From an uncultured Pelagibacteraceae bacterium (lineage in GTDB: Bacteria; Pseudomonadota; Alphaproteobacteria; Pelagibacterales; Pelagibacteraceae), in NCBI GenBank assembly GCA_902517175.1, contig CABYBM010000001.1:10536-74535 (forward strand): DNA of 64,000 nt, written 5' to 3'. The position numbers and the translations under genes were made by a program. A model generated the notes under the pieces. The model saw only the letters and a program-made list of their open reading frames with translations. It searched no databases and was not told where the DNA came from. The first letter of the stretch is position 1, and every line of letters starts with the position of its first letter. This document shows positions 1 to 8,771 of the stretch, in pieces.

Positions 1-54
1 CATGTGTTGAACTTTCTTTAATCTCTGTTTGTATTCTTCTTTTGTAAAATACAT
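1..54 (-). CDS. N-terminus (truncated by window edge) of an M24 Xaa-Pro peptidase-family protein, ectoine hydrolase EutD/DoeA-like
   Basis: Reverse strand reads MYFTKEEYKQRLKKVQHM..., matching the FxxEEYxxRLxKVxxxM start of EutD/creatinase-like proteins. ATG overlaps the stop of the upstream eutA-like gene (TAATG). Confidence 0.6.
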   Translation of the reverse strand, partial: MYFTKEEYKQRLKKVQHM

Positions 55-800
55 TAATTTATTTGGAATAATTTACCAAATCCCTCTACTGAATTATTTT
101 TATTTATTTTAACAAGGGTATCCCAAATTAATGCTTGGTTGCTACTCAATACTGTAGTATTTAATTTTTTTTCTAATTTATCTATGATGGGTAAAACTGG
201 AAGAGCTGTACATGAAACAAACAGAGCATCTGCATTATTTAATTCAATGTTAGATAATACTTCATATAAATAATTTTGATCAACTTTACCAATATCAACA
301 TCAGATTCGATATCAAAATATGCATTAGATGTAATATCAAAACCCTCGCTCTTAAAATACTCCAAAACCTCATCATTTAATTTTTTACTATAAGGTGTAA
401 ATAAACATATTTTATTAATGTTCATTTTTTTAAGTGCTGCAATTGCAGCTGTACTTGGTGTGGTCACATTTGCTTTAGGTTTTGCTGCCTTTACTTTTTT
501 TTCAATTGATGCATGTCCAGTAGCAATAGTTCCTGAGGTACAACCGTAAACTACACAGTCTAGATCTTGATCAGGTAAAATATCTTTTGTAACCTCAGTT
601 ACTTTTTCTGACATTTTAATTAAGTTCTCCTTTGTTAAAGGATTGTAACTTTCAATTCGATTTACAAAAAAATCTATATCTCTATCTTTAATTACATTTA
701 TAAAATCCTTTTCAATCATAAAGTCGCTTGCAAGTGCTATTAGCCCGACTCTTGGATTTGATTTACTGACATATTTAGGATCTATTTTTGTTGAATTCAT
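54..800 (-). CDS. eutA: Asp/Glu racemase / maleate isomerase family protein, ectoine utilization EutA-like
   Basis: YGCTSG and VSCTAL catalytic Cys motifs, TPY, SSNQA; adjacent to eutD-like gene. Confidence 0.7.
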   Translation of the reverse strand: MNSTKIDPKYVSKSNPRVGLIALASDFMIEKDFINVIKDRDIDFFVNRIESYNPLTKENLIKMSEKVTEVTKDILPDQDLDCVVYGCTSGTIATGHASIEKKVKAAKPKANVTTPSTAAIAALKKMNINKICLFTPYSKKLNDEVLEYFKSEGFDITSNAYFDIESDVDIGKVDQNYLYEVLSNIELNNADALFVSCTALPVLPIIDKLEKKLNTTVLSSNQALIWDTLVKINKNNSVEGFGKLFQIN

Positions 801-860
801 ATTTTAAAAAGTGAATATATCAGAAGTTCTTTAATAATCATTAATATTAAAAATAACGAC

Positions 861-1727
861 ATGAATATAAAAGACACCTTTGTTGCATCTTTGGTTCCTA
901 TATTTTTAGGTTTCGGTTTCGTTATTGCAAAGCCCGCATTTGAATCTTTTCCACCAATTTTATTGATGGGATTAAGATTTATGTTTGCTGCATCTATTTT
1001 GATTTGGTGGTTTCCAATACCTAGAGGTTACTTAAAAAAAATATTTATAGCATCATTCATAGCAAATACTTTGCAATATAGTATTACCTACTCTGGGTTA
1101 AATTTAATTGATGCCTCTGCTGCTGTTCTTCTTGTTCAAACAGAAGTTCCGTTTGGAGTTATATTTGCTTATTTTATGCTTAGAGAAAAGCCGACAGTAA
1201 GAGCTTTAATTGGTATAAGTATTGCTTTTGTCGGTGTTTATATATTAACAGGATCTCCTAATTTAGATGGTAAGTTTATTGGGATTGGACTTACAATCAT
1301 AGGTTCAGCAACTTGGGCTCTTGGACAAGTCTTGGTTAAACCATTAAGTAAAGAAATTAATCCTTTGGCTTTAGTTGCATGGTTAGCATTATTTTCAGCT
1401 CCAATTTTAATAGTTTTTTCAGCAGTGTTAGATGGGAATACAATCAATTATTTAAGCAATGCTAAATTTGAACATTGGATTATTGCAATTTATATTGGTT
1501 TTATAATGCAACCAATTACTTATGGTTGCTTCTATTATGTTTTAAAAAATAATCCTTTATACAAAGTACTTCCAATTGTAACTATGGGTATTCCACCAAC
1601 AGGATTGTTGGCAGCTATTTTTCTACTTGGAGAAAAACCAACTCAGGAATTATTTATCGGTGGAGCAATAATTATAATTGGGGTAATTTTAATTGTTTTT
1701 ACAAAAAATAAAAAAGAGGAGAATTAA
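861..1727 (+). CDS. DMT/EamA family transporter
   Basis: 288 aa, about 10 hydrophobic segments, PPILLMGLRF and LLGEK motifs. Confidence 0.85.
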   Translation: MNIKDTFVASLVPIFLGFGFVIAKPAFESFPPILLMGLRFMFAASILIWWFPIPRGYLKKIFIASFIANTLQYSITYSGLNLIDASAAVLLVQTEVPFGVIFAYFMLREKPTVRALIGISIAFVGVYILTGSPNLDGKFIGIGLTIIGSATWALGQVLVKPLSKEINPLALVAWLALFSAPILIVFSAVLDGNTINYLSNAKFEHWIIAIYIGFIMQPITYGCFYYVLKNNPLYKVLPIVTMGIPPTGLLAAIFLLGEKPTQELFIGGAIIIIGVILIVFTKNKKEEN

Positions 1728-1743
1728 TTTAAGCTATTTTTAA

Positions 1744-2205
1744 ATGTTATTAAAAAGTTTTTCAATTAAACAAGAGTGGGTTGATTATAACGATCATATG
1801 AATATGGCTTACTATGTTCTAATATTTGATCAAGCCTTGGAAGTTGCACTTGAAAAGTTTAACATGGGAGAAAGTGCAGCAAAGGATTTAAATAGAAGTA
1901 CTATGGTAGTTGAAACAAACACTAAATATTTGAGCGAAGTAAAACAAGGAGAGGAAATAGATATTAATATGACTTATTTTGATCATGACAAGAAAAGGCT
2001 TCACATAAAAATGGAGATGATTGAAAAAAGTAAAAAAAAAATATCAGCGACTATAGAGTGGATATCTCTATATATAGATTTAAGTCAGAGGAAAGTTACT
2101 GAATTTGAGGAAGATAAGTTAAAATTAATGGATAAGTTTATTAAGGATAATAAAATAAAATTTTCATCTAATGATCTTCTTTTTTCTTCAAAATTAAAGA
2201 AATAA
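1744..2205 (+). CDS. Hotdog-fold acyl-CoA thioesterase (4HBT-like; resembles the thioesterase domain associated with carnitine dehydrogenase)
   Basis: WVDYNDHMNMAYYVLIFD motif; DHDKKRLH. Confidence 0.8.
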   Translation: MLLKSFSIKQEWVDYNDHMNMAYYVLIFDQALEVALEKFNMGESAAKDLNRSTMVVETNTKYLSEVKQGEEIDINMTYFDHDKKRLHIKMEMIEKSKKKISATIEWISLYIDLSQRKVTEFEEDKLKLMDKFIKDNKIKFSSNDLLFSSKLKK

Positions 2206-2245
2206 TTAAATATTATAAATTCTAATAATTTGATATAGGTGCTCA

Positions 2246-3202
2246 ATGAGCGCCAATAATAATCCTAAAGGTATTCTTTTAATTATTACTGCAATGACAT
2301 TTTTTTCAATGCAGGATGCATTGATTAAATTTATTTATGAACAAGCAGCACTTTATGAAATTTTTTTTGGAAGATATTTTATTGCTGCCATATTGCTTTT
2401 TGGATACATTAAATTTAGAAAACAGAAAGTTTCACTAAAGACTTACTATCCTTCTTTAACTGTATTAAGAGTTGTATTACACTTTATAGCGTTTTCTGCT
2501 TTTTTTATCTCTTTAACATATATGCCATTAGCAACCGCTAATGCACTTTTTTTTTCTTCCCCATTTTTTGTATCAATTTTCGCAAAAATATTTTTAAAAG
2601 AGTTTATTGGAATTAGAAGATTGTCTGCAATTGTATTTGGTTTTATTGGGGTTTATATAGTTTTGGATCCAAATTTTTCTAGCTTTGAATATAGGAATTT
2701 ATTGCCAGTAATATCTGCTTTTTGTTATGCGGCTTCAATGACTATTACAAAATACACTTCAGATAAAGATGATGTTAATACGCAATTATTTTATTTTTAT
2801 CTTATTGCCATTGCCTTATGTGTAATAATTTTTATTTTTATGGGCAATGGGCAATTTAATAATTCAAATTTTGACTCTACAACTCAATTTATCTTCAGAG
2901 AATGGTTTTCAAATATTGAGTATACTTGGAAGTTTATTTTATTTTTTGGTTTTGTTGCTTCAATTGCATTTGTTTGTATATTTTCCGCTTATATTGTTGC
3001 CTCTCCATCTGTGGTGTCGCTATTTGAATATTCTTTAATTATAATGTCAATGATACCTGGTTATTTACTATTTAATGAAATTCCATCTTTAAGAACATTT
3101 TTAGGTGTTGCTTGTATTATAGCTGCTGGGATTTATATTTATGTCAGGGAAAGAGCTAGAGATCAGTATATTGCTACAAAAACTCCTTTAAGAAGATCAT
3201 AA
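2246..3202 (+). CDS. DMT/EamA family transporter
   Basis: 318 aa, hydrophobic; MPLATANALFFSSPFF, SLFEYS motifs. Confidence 0.85.
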   Translation: MSANNNPKGILLIITAMTFFSMQDALIKFIYEQAALYEIFFGRYFIAAILLFGYIKFRKQKVSLKTYYPSLTVLRVVLHFIAFSAFFISLTYMPLATANALFFSSPFFVSIFAKIFLKEFIGIRRLSAIVFGFIGVYIVLDPNFSSFEYRNLLPVISAFCYAASMTITKYTSDKDDVNTQLFYFYLIAIALCVIIFIFMGNGQFNNSNFDSTTQFIFREWFSNIEYTWKFILFFGFVASIAFVCIFSAYIVASPSVVSLFEYSLIIMSMIPGYLLFNEIPSLRTFLGVACIIAAGIYIYVRERARDQYIATKTPLRRS

Positions 3203-3209
3203 AATTTTA

Positions 3210-3330
3210 TTGAAACTCTACTTCACTAATAATAAGGTTCCAGTATAAAGCGATACATAACTCGTCGTTAAATTCATATTTACGAAAGTGGGATCAATCG
3301 TCTTAGATTTAATTATTTAAGGAGGTTCGA
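3210..3330 (+). promoter_or_regulatory. Putative sigma70 promoter plus ~85-nt leader with strong Shine-Dalgarno
   Basis: TTGAAA(3210-3215)-17 nt-TAAGGT(3233-3238); AAGGAGG just before ATG 3331. Confidence 0.45.
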
Positions 3331-4497
3331 ATGAAGTTTGGATATTTTTGCAACACCACTAACTGGGATCACAAACCCTATAATCAATTACTAGATGAAA
3401 CAAAAGAGATAACAACTTATTGTGATGAAAATAATTGGGATTCTATTTGGTATACCGAACATCATTTTAATCATGAAGGAATGGAGTCTTGTACTAACCC
3501 ATTAATGATGGGTGTTGATGCTGCTGCAAGAACTAAGCAGATAAAAATTGGACAGGCATGCAATGTTATTACATTTCATAATCCTTTAAGACTGGCTGAA
3601 GACATTGCTTTATTAGATCAATTATCAAATGGAAGAGCTCTAGTTGGTATTGGAAGAGGAATTTATGGAAGAGAGGCAATGAATTTAAATAAAGAAGCAG
3701 ATCTAAAGGATCAAGCAAAAAATTTTAGACTGTTTGAAGAATCTCTTACAATAATGAAAAAAGCATGGACTGAAGAATTTTTTAGTCATAAAGGTGAATT
3801 CTATACTTATCCATCACCAAATTTTGTTTGGCAACACGATATGAGTCCTCCAAACAAAGAATTTGTAGATATTAAAACAAACGAGATGAAAAAAATAAGT
3901 GTAGTTCCAAAACCTAAACAAAGCCCACATCCGCCAATTTGGCAAGTAGTAGATGGAGCAAGATCAATTGAATGGGCTGCACAAAATGGTTTGAACACTA
4001 TTATGTGGATACCTACTGTTAAGGCTCTTAAGAAAAGATTTGAGATATTCCAAAATGCAAAGTCAAAAGCAGAGAACAGAGAAGTTCCTTTAGGTGAAGG
4101 TATATCTTTAGTTAGAGATATGTTTGTTGCAGAAACAATGGAAGAAGCTGAAAAATTAGCAGGTGAACATATTATAAATTATATGAGATGGGTTTGTCAT
4201 TGGCGAGGATTAGGAAATCATATGGACCCAGGTGAAGAATTGCCAGAAACAAAACATAAATTAGATTTATTAAATTATGAATTTTTACATAAAAGAAATT
4301 TATTGTTTGGCACTCCAGAGTATGTTGTTAATAAAATTAATGAACTTAAATCAGAGTTGAATTTACAAAATCTCCAAGTTTGGTCTAACTTTCCTGGAAT
4401 AGACCATGAAACTTGTATGAGGAGTATTAAATTGTTTAATGACGAAGTAATTCCAAAAATAAATTTAGATAGCTCTAATATAGAAAAAGCAAGTTAA
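3331..4497 (+). CDS. Luciferase-like (LLM class) flavin-dependent monooxygenase
   Basis: MKFGYF start, WYTEHHF, NPLRLAEDIALLDQLSNGR, GIGRG, PKPKQSPHPPIW, LFNDEVIP. Confidence 0.9.
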   Translation: MKFGYFCNTTNWDHKPYNQLLDETKEITTYCDENNWDSIWYTEHHFNHEGMESCTNPLMMGVDAAARTKQIKIGQACNVITFHNPLRLAEDIALLDQLSNGRALVGIGRGIYGREAMNLNKEADLKDQAKNFRLFEESLTIMKKAWTEEFFSHKGEFYTYPSPNFVWQHDMSPPNKEFVDIKTNEMKKISVVPKPKQSPHPPIWQVVDGARSIEWAAQNGLNTIMWIPTVKALKKRFEIFQNAKSKAENREVPLGEGISLVRDMFVAETMEEAEKLAGEHIINYMRWVCHWRGLGNHMDPGEELPETKHKLDLLNYEFLHKRNLLFGTPEYVVNKINELKSELNLQNLQVWSNFPGIDHETCMRSIKLFNDEVIPKINLDSSNIEKAS

Positions 4498-5081
4498 TGA
4501 ATTTAGAAATAAGAAAGTTTACAAAATTTGTAGACAAAACTTTTATTGAAGGTGGAAAAAAAGCTAAGGAGCCAGTTTTATTAGTTTCTGTAGCTGCAGT
4601 ATTTAAAAATCCATGGCACGGGCAAGGATTTGTTGAAGACCTTAGACCAACTATTTTAGATTTAGCTCCTAAACTTGGGGATATGCTTGTACCTGAATTA
4701 ATTAAAGAGATGGGTTCACCTGATAAAATACTTGCATATGGAAAAGCTGGAGTTGTTGGTTTAAATGGAGAGATAGAGCATGCATCAGCATTTATACACA
4801 CATTAAGATTTGGGAATAAATTTAGAGATGCTGTAGGTGGTACATCTTATTTAAGTTTTACAAATACAAGAGGGCCAGCTGGTTCAAAAATATCAATTCC
4901 AATGATGCACAAAACAGATTCTGGTTTAAGACCATACTATTTAACTCATGAGTTCACAATTCACGACGCACCATTTGATGACGAAGTTGTAATAGCTATA
5001 GGAGGTGCTTCGAGTGGAAGAGCTCACGCAAGAACAGGTGATAGATACCAAGATATGAAAGAGATGGGCATTAAAAATTAA
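4497..5081 (+). CDS. DUF1185 / 'amino acid synthesis' family protein (TgnF-like)
   Basis: AAVFKNPWHGQGFVEDL, YGKAGVVGLNGEIEHASA, IHTLRFGN, DAPFDDEV, GRAHARTGDRY. Confidence 0.85.
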   Translation: MNLEIRKFTKFVDKTFIEGGKKAKEPVLLVSVAAVFKNPWHGQGFVEDLRPTILDLAPKLGDMLVPELIKEMGSPDKILAYGKAGVVGLNGEIEHASAFIHTLRFGNKFRDAVGGTSYLSFTNTRGPAGSKISIPMMHKTDSGLRPYYLTHEFTIHDAPFDDEVVIAIGGASSGRAHARTGDRYQDMKEMGIKN

Positions 5082-5085
5082 AAAA

Positions 5086-5871
5086 ATGCCTTATAATTTT
5101 GATAGAAGTCAAAATCATTATTATTTTAATAATAAAAATTCAGTTCCAATAATTTTTATACACGGACTTGGATTGAATCAATCAATGTGGAAACCCCAAA
5201 TTGATTTTTTTAAAAATAACTCTTTTTTAACATATGATCTTTTAGGCCACGGCAAGACCCCTTTTAGTGAAAATATACTAACAATGAAAAAACTTGCTGA
5301 CCAATTATTAGTTTTGATTGAGAATTTGAAAATAGATAAATTTCATTTAATTGGTTTTTCTATTGGAGCATTAGTTTCAATTGAGTTTGCTACAAACTAT
5401 GAAAAATATTTAAATTCTTTGACTTTAATTTCTACAACTTACAAAAGGTCAAACGATGAAAAGCAAAAAGTAATTGATAGGGTAAATTTGGCAAAAAAAA
5501 ATATGCCTATTTCCCAAATGGCAATGAAAAGATGGTTCTCTGACGACTATCTTAAAAAAAATCCTGATCTATATGAGGAATTCCTAATAATTCTCAACAA
5601 AGATGGAGTTGACCAAGAGAATTTTATTAAAGCTTACGAATTATTTGCGAATTATCAAGATAGCCCAGAAAAAGTAAAAAAAATAAAAACTAATACCTTA
5701 ATAATTGCAGGTTCAGAAGATACAGGGTCTACTCCAAATATGTCTAAAAATTTAAATAAAGATATTCAAAATTCACAATATTTAGAAATTAAAAATGGGA
5801 AACACTTCACTACTATTGAATATGCAGATGAAGTAAATAATGCAATAATGAAACATTTAAAAAATGCCTGA
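5086..5871 (+). CDS. Alpha/beta fold hydrolase (PcaD/TgnD-like)
   Basis: FIHGLG, YDLLGHG, GFSIG nucleophile elbow, GSEDTGS, C-terminal catalytic His. Confidence 0.85.
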   Translation: MPYNFDRSQNHYYFNNKNSVPIIFIHGLGLNQSMWKPQIDFFKNNSFLTYDLLGHGKTPFSENILTMKKLADQLLVLIENLKIDKFHLIGFSIGALVSIEFATNYEKYLNSLTLISTTYKRSNDEKQKVIDRVNLAKKNMPISQMAMKRWFSDDYLKKNPDLYEEFLIILNKDGVDQENFIKAYELFANYQDSPEKVKKIKTNTLIIAGSEDTGSTPNMSKNLNKDIQNSQYLEIKNGKHFTTIEYADEVNNAIMKHLKNA

Positions 5872-7345
5872 ACTTAAAAAATATAAGATGTTTATTGATG
5901 GAGAGTGGGTAGACTCTGAAAGTAAAAAAACTTTTGAAACTTTAAACCCTGAAAACAATGAACCATGGGCAGTTGCGCCTGAAGCAAGTGCTATGGATGT
6001 TGATAGAGCTGTTAAAGCTGCACAAAAAGCTTTTGAAGGTGAATGGCCAAAATTACTTCCAAGAGATAGGGCTAAATTTTTAAGAGCAATTGCTGATCAG
6101 TTAAGAAAAAATGCTGAGATGCTGGGTAAGATAGAAACAATTGATACAGGAAAACTTTTTAGAGAGACAAAACAGCAAGCAGTTTATATTGCAGAATACT
6201 ATGATTATTATGCAGGTTTAGCTGATAAAGTTGAAGGTACAGTTCTTCCAATAGACAAACCTAATGTTCAAGCGATAACAACAAGAATACCTATTGGAGT
6301 TGTTGCTGCAATCATTCCGTGGAACTCTCAAATGTTTTTAACAGCAACTAAATTAGCACCAGCTCTAGCAATGGGAAATACTGTAGTTATAAAATCTTCA
6401 GAACTAGCGCCTGCAGTCTTATTTGAATTTGCAAAGCTTGTTGAGAAAACTGGAATACCTAAAGGAGTAGTTAATGTCATTACAGGTTTTGGTGATCCAT
6501 GTGGTAAAACTTTAACAACACATAATCTTGTAGAAAAAATTGCATTTACTGGAGGACCTGAAACTGCAAGACGTATCATTAAAAATTCAGCAGAAAATCT
6601 TTCAGAAGTAAGTTTAGAGCTTGGTGGAAAAAGTCCCGTTGCCGTATTTGATGACGCAGAACAAGAAAATGCGATCAATGGAATTACAGCTGGAATATTT
6701 GGTGCGAGTGGACAAAGTTGTATTGCAGGTTCAAGACTTTATATCCAAAAAGGAATTTATAATGAATTTCTAGATAAACTTTCTAGCAGAGCATCCAAAA
6801 TAAAAATAGGAGCTCCGATGGATCTAGATACAGAGATGGGTCCTTTAAGTAGTTTTAAGCAATTAGAAACAATCGAAAAAAATATAAAAGACACAATTGA
6901 TCAGGGTGGAAAGATTAAATGTGGTGGTAAAAGAGACTCTTTTTCAAACAAAGGATATTACTTTCCACCAACAATTATTGAATGCGATAATCATAATCTG
7001 CCTACTGCAGAAAATGAATTATTTGGGCCCGTATTGTCAGTAATGAAATTTGATACTGAGGATGAAGTAATTAGTAAAATGAACGATAATCAATATGGTT
7101 TATCATCTGGCGTTTACACAAGTAATTTATCCAAAGGCATGCGTGTTTCTAAAGCAATAAGAGCTGGAATTACTTTTGTAAATACTTATAGACTAATTTC
7201 ACCTTCGGCTCCATTTGGAGGTATCAAAGATAGTGGCTACGGCAAAGAAGCTGGGGTAGATTCTATAAAAGATTATACAAGAGTAAAAACGACCTGGTTC
7301 TATACATCTGATGAACCTTCATTAGATCCATTCTCAATTAGATAA
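5864..7345 (+). CDS. Aldehyde dehydrogenase (DhaS/TgnC-like subfamily)
   Basis: PWN, FTGG, LELGGKSP, SGQSCIAGSR, ELFGPV; C-terminal DPFSIR. Confidence 0.9.
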   Translation: MPELKKYKMFIDGEWVDSESKKTFETLNPENNEPWAVAPEASAMDVDRAVKAAQKAFEGEWPKLLPRDRAKFLRAIADQLRKNAEMLGKIETIDTGKLFRETKQQAVYIAEYYDYYAGLADKVEGTVLPIDKPNVQAITTRIPIGVVAAIIPWNSQMFLTATKLAPALAMGNTVVIKSSELAPAVLFEFAKLVEKTGIPKGVVNVITGFGDPCGKTLTTHNLVEKIAFTGGPETARRIIKNSAENLSEVSLELGGKSPVAVFDDAEQENAINGITAGIFGASGQSCIAGSRLYIQKGIYNEFLDKLSSRASKIKIGAPMDLDTEMGPLSSFKQLETIEKNIKDTIDQGGKIKCGGKRDSFSNKGYYFPPTIIECDNHNLPTAENELFGPVLSVMKFDTEDEVISKMNDNQYGLSSGVYTSNLSKGMRVSKAIRAGITFVNTYRLISPSAPFGGIKDSGYGKEAGVDSIKDYTRVKTTWFYTSDEPSLDPFSIR

Positions 7346-7457
7346 ATCATTTTCCTGCGATAAACTGCTTTAAAATAAGATAATTTAGTCATTGAATATT
7401 TAAATTATTCATAATTAAATTAGTTTTTATAAATTGTTAACAATATAGAGGAAGATA

Positions 7458-8648
7458 ATGAGAAAACTATTTATCGCTGTATTTATGTTTGTTTCTAGTT
7501 TTGGATCAAATGTAATGGCAGACGGACATGCTATTAAGATGGGGATTATTTTAGGATTCACAGGTCCTATTGAATCTCTTACACCAGCAATGGCAGCATC
7601 AGCAGAGCTTGCATTCAAAGAAGCTTCTGACTCAGGTTCGCTATTAGGTGGAAAAAAAATTGAACCTGTAAGAGCAGACTCAACTTGTGTTGACTCAGCA
7701 GCAGCAACAGCAGCAGCTGAAGGAGTTATTTCACAAGGTGTAGCAGCTATTATGGGAGCTGATTGTTCAGGTGTAACTGGTGCTATTGCATCAAACGTTG
7801 CTGTACCAAACGGTGTAGTAATGATTTCACCTTCAGCAACATCTCCAGGATTAACTACTTTAGATGACAATGGATACTTCTTTAGAACAGCTCCATCTGA
7901 TGCTAGAGGTGGTCAAATTCTTGCAGATATTACAAAAGATAGAAAAGTTAAAAGTGTAGCTATTACTTACACTAATAATGACTATGGAAAAGGCCTAGCT
8001 GACGTATACGAAGCAGCTGTTAAAGCTCATGGCATTAAAGTAACAACAGTAACTGCTCACGAAGACGGTAAAGCTGACTATTCATCAGAAGTTGCAACAC
8101 TTGCTTCAGCTGGTGGAGACGCTGTGGCTGTAATTGGATATCTTGACCAAGGTGGAAAAGGAATTATCCAAGCTTCTTTAGACTCTGGAGCATTTGATAA
8201 ATTTATTTTATCTGATGGTATGATCGGTCAATCTTTGGTTGATGCATTTGGAAAAGATTTAAGTAAATCATTTGGATCTATGCCTGGTTCTACTGGAAAA
8301 GGTGCTGGTGTTTTTGCTGATGTTGCAAAAGCAAGTGGTATAGATTCTTCTGGACCTTACACAGGTGAGTCATACGATGCAGCAGCTTTAATCGTTTTAG
8401 CTATGCAAGCTGGAAATTCAGCTGACAGAAGTTCTATTGCAAAGAATGTGATGGACGTAGCTAATGCACCTGGAACTAAAATTTATCCAGGTGAGCTTAA
8501 AAAAGGCTTAGACTTACTTGCTAAAGGTAAAAAGATTAACTACGAAGGTGCAACAGGAGTAGCATTTACTGCAGTTGGTGAAGCTGAAGGTTCTTTTTTA
8601 GAACAAGAAATTAAAGGTGGAAAATTTAAAACTAAAAAACAAAGATAA
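7458..8648 (+). CDS. livJ: Liv-type (HAAT) ABC transporter substrate-binding protein
   Basis: Signal peptide; ISPSATSP, FFRTAPSD, NNDYGKG, YDAA. Confidence 0.85.
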   Translation: MRKLFIAVFMFVSSFGSNVMADGHAIKMGIILGFTGPIESLTPAMAASAELAFKEASDSGSLLGGKKIEPVRADSTCVDSAAATAAAEGVISQGVAAIMGADCSGVTGAIASNVAVPNGVVMISPSATSPGLTTLDDNGYFFRTAPSDARGGQILADITKDRKVKSVAITYTNNDYGKGLADVYEAAVKAHGIKVTTVTAHEDGKADYSSEVATLASAGGDAVAVIGYLDQGGKGIIQASLDSGAFDKFILSDGMIGQSLVDAFGKDLSKSFGSMPGSTGKGAGVFADVAKASGIDSSGPYTGESYDAAALIVLAMQAGNSADRSSIAKNVMDVANAPGTKIYPGELKKGLDLLAKGKKINYEGATGVAFTAVGEAEGSFLEQEIKGGKFKTKKQR

Positions 8649-8661
8649 TTTTTACCTATAG

Positions 8662-8698
8662 AAAAACCCCAGTAGCGAGAGTTATTGGGGTTTTTTTT
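8662..8698. terminator. Bidirectional intrinsic terminator
   Basis: AAAAACCCCAGTAGC-GAGA-GTTATTGGGGTTTTTTTT hairpin with GNRA loop, between convergent genes. Confidence 0.85.
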
Positions 8699-8765
8699 AA
8701 AACATATACTTGTCAGCCATGTACATGGCCCAAGCAATTGCAGCACCTAATATAATATATTTCAT
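8697..8765 (-). CDS. Candidate 22-aa membrane micropeptide MKYIILGAAIAWAMYMADKYMF
   Basis: Open frame starting 6 nt after the livM stop and ending at the terminator; one hydrophobic helix; below the ORF-track cutoff. Confidence 0.45.
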   Translation of the reverse strand: MKYIILGAAIAWAMYMADKYMF

Positions 8766-8771
8766 AATAAC

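Noticed and set aside
8540-8746. 68-aa minus-strand ORF from the track
   Set aside because: It runs through the terminator and antisense into livJ; the 22-aa frame 8697-8765 fits the gap better
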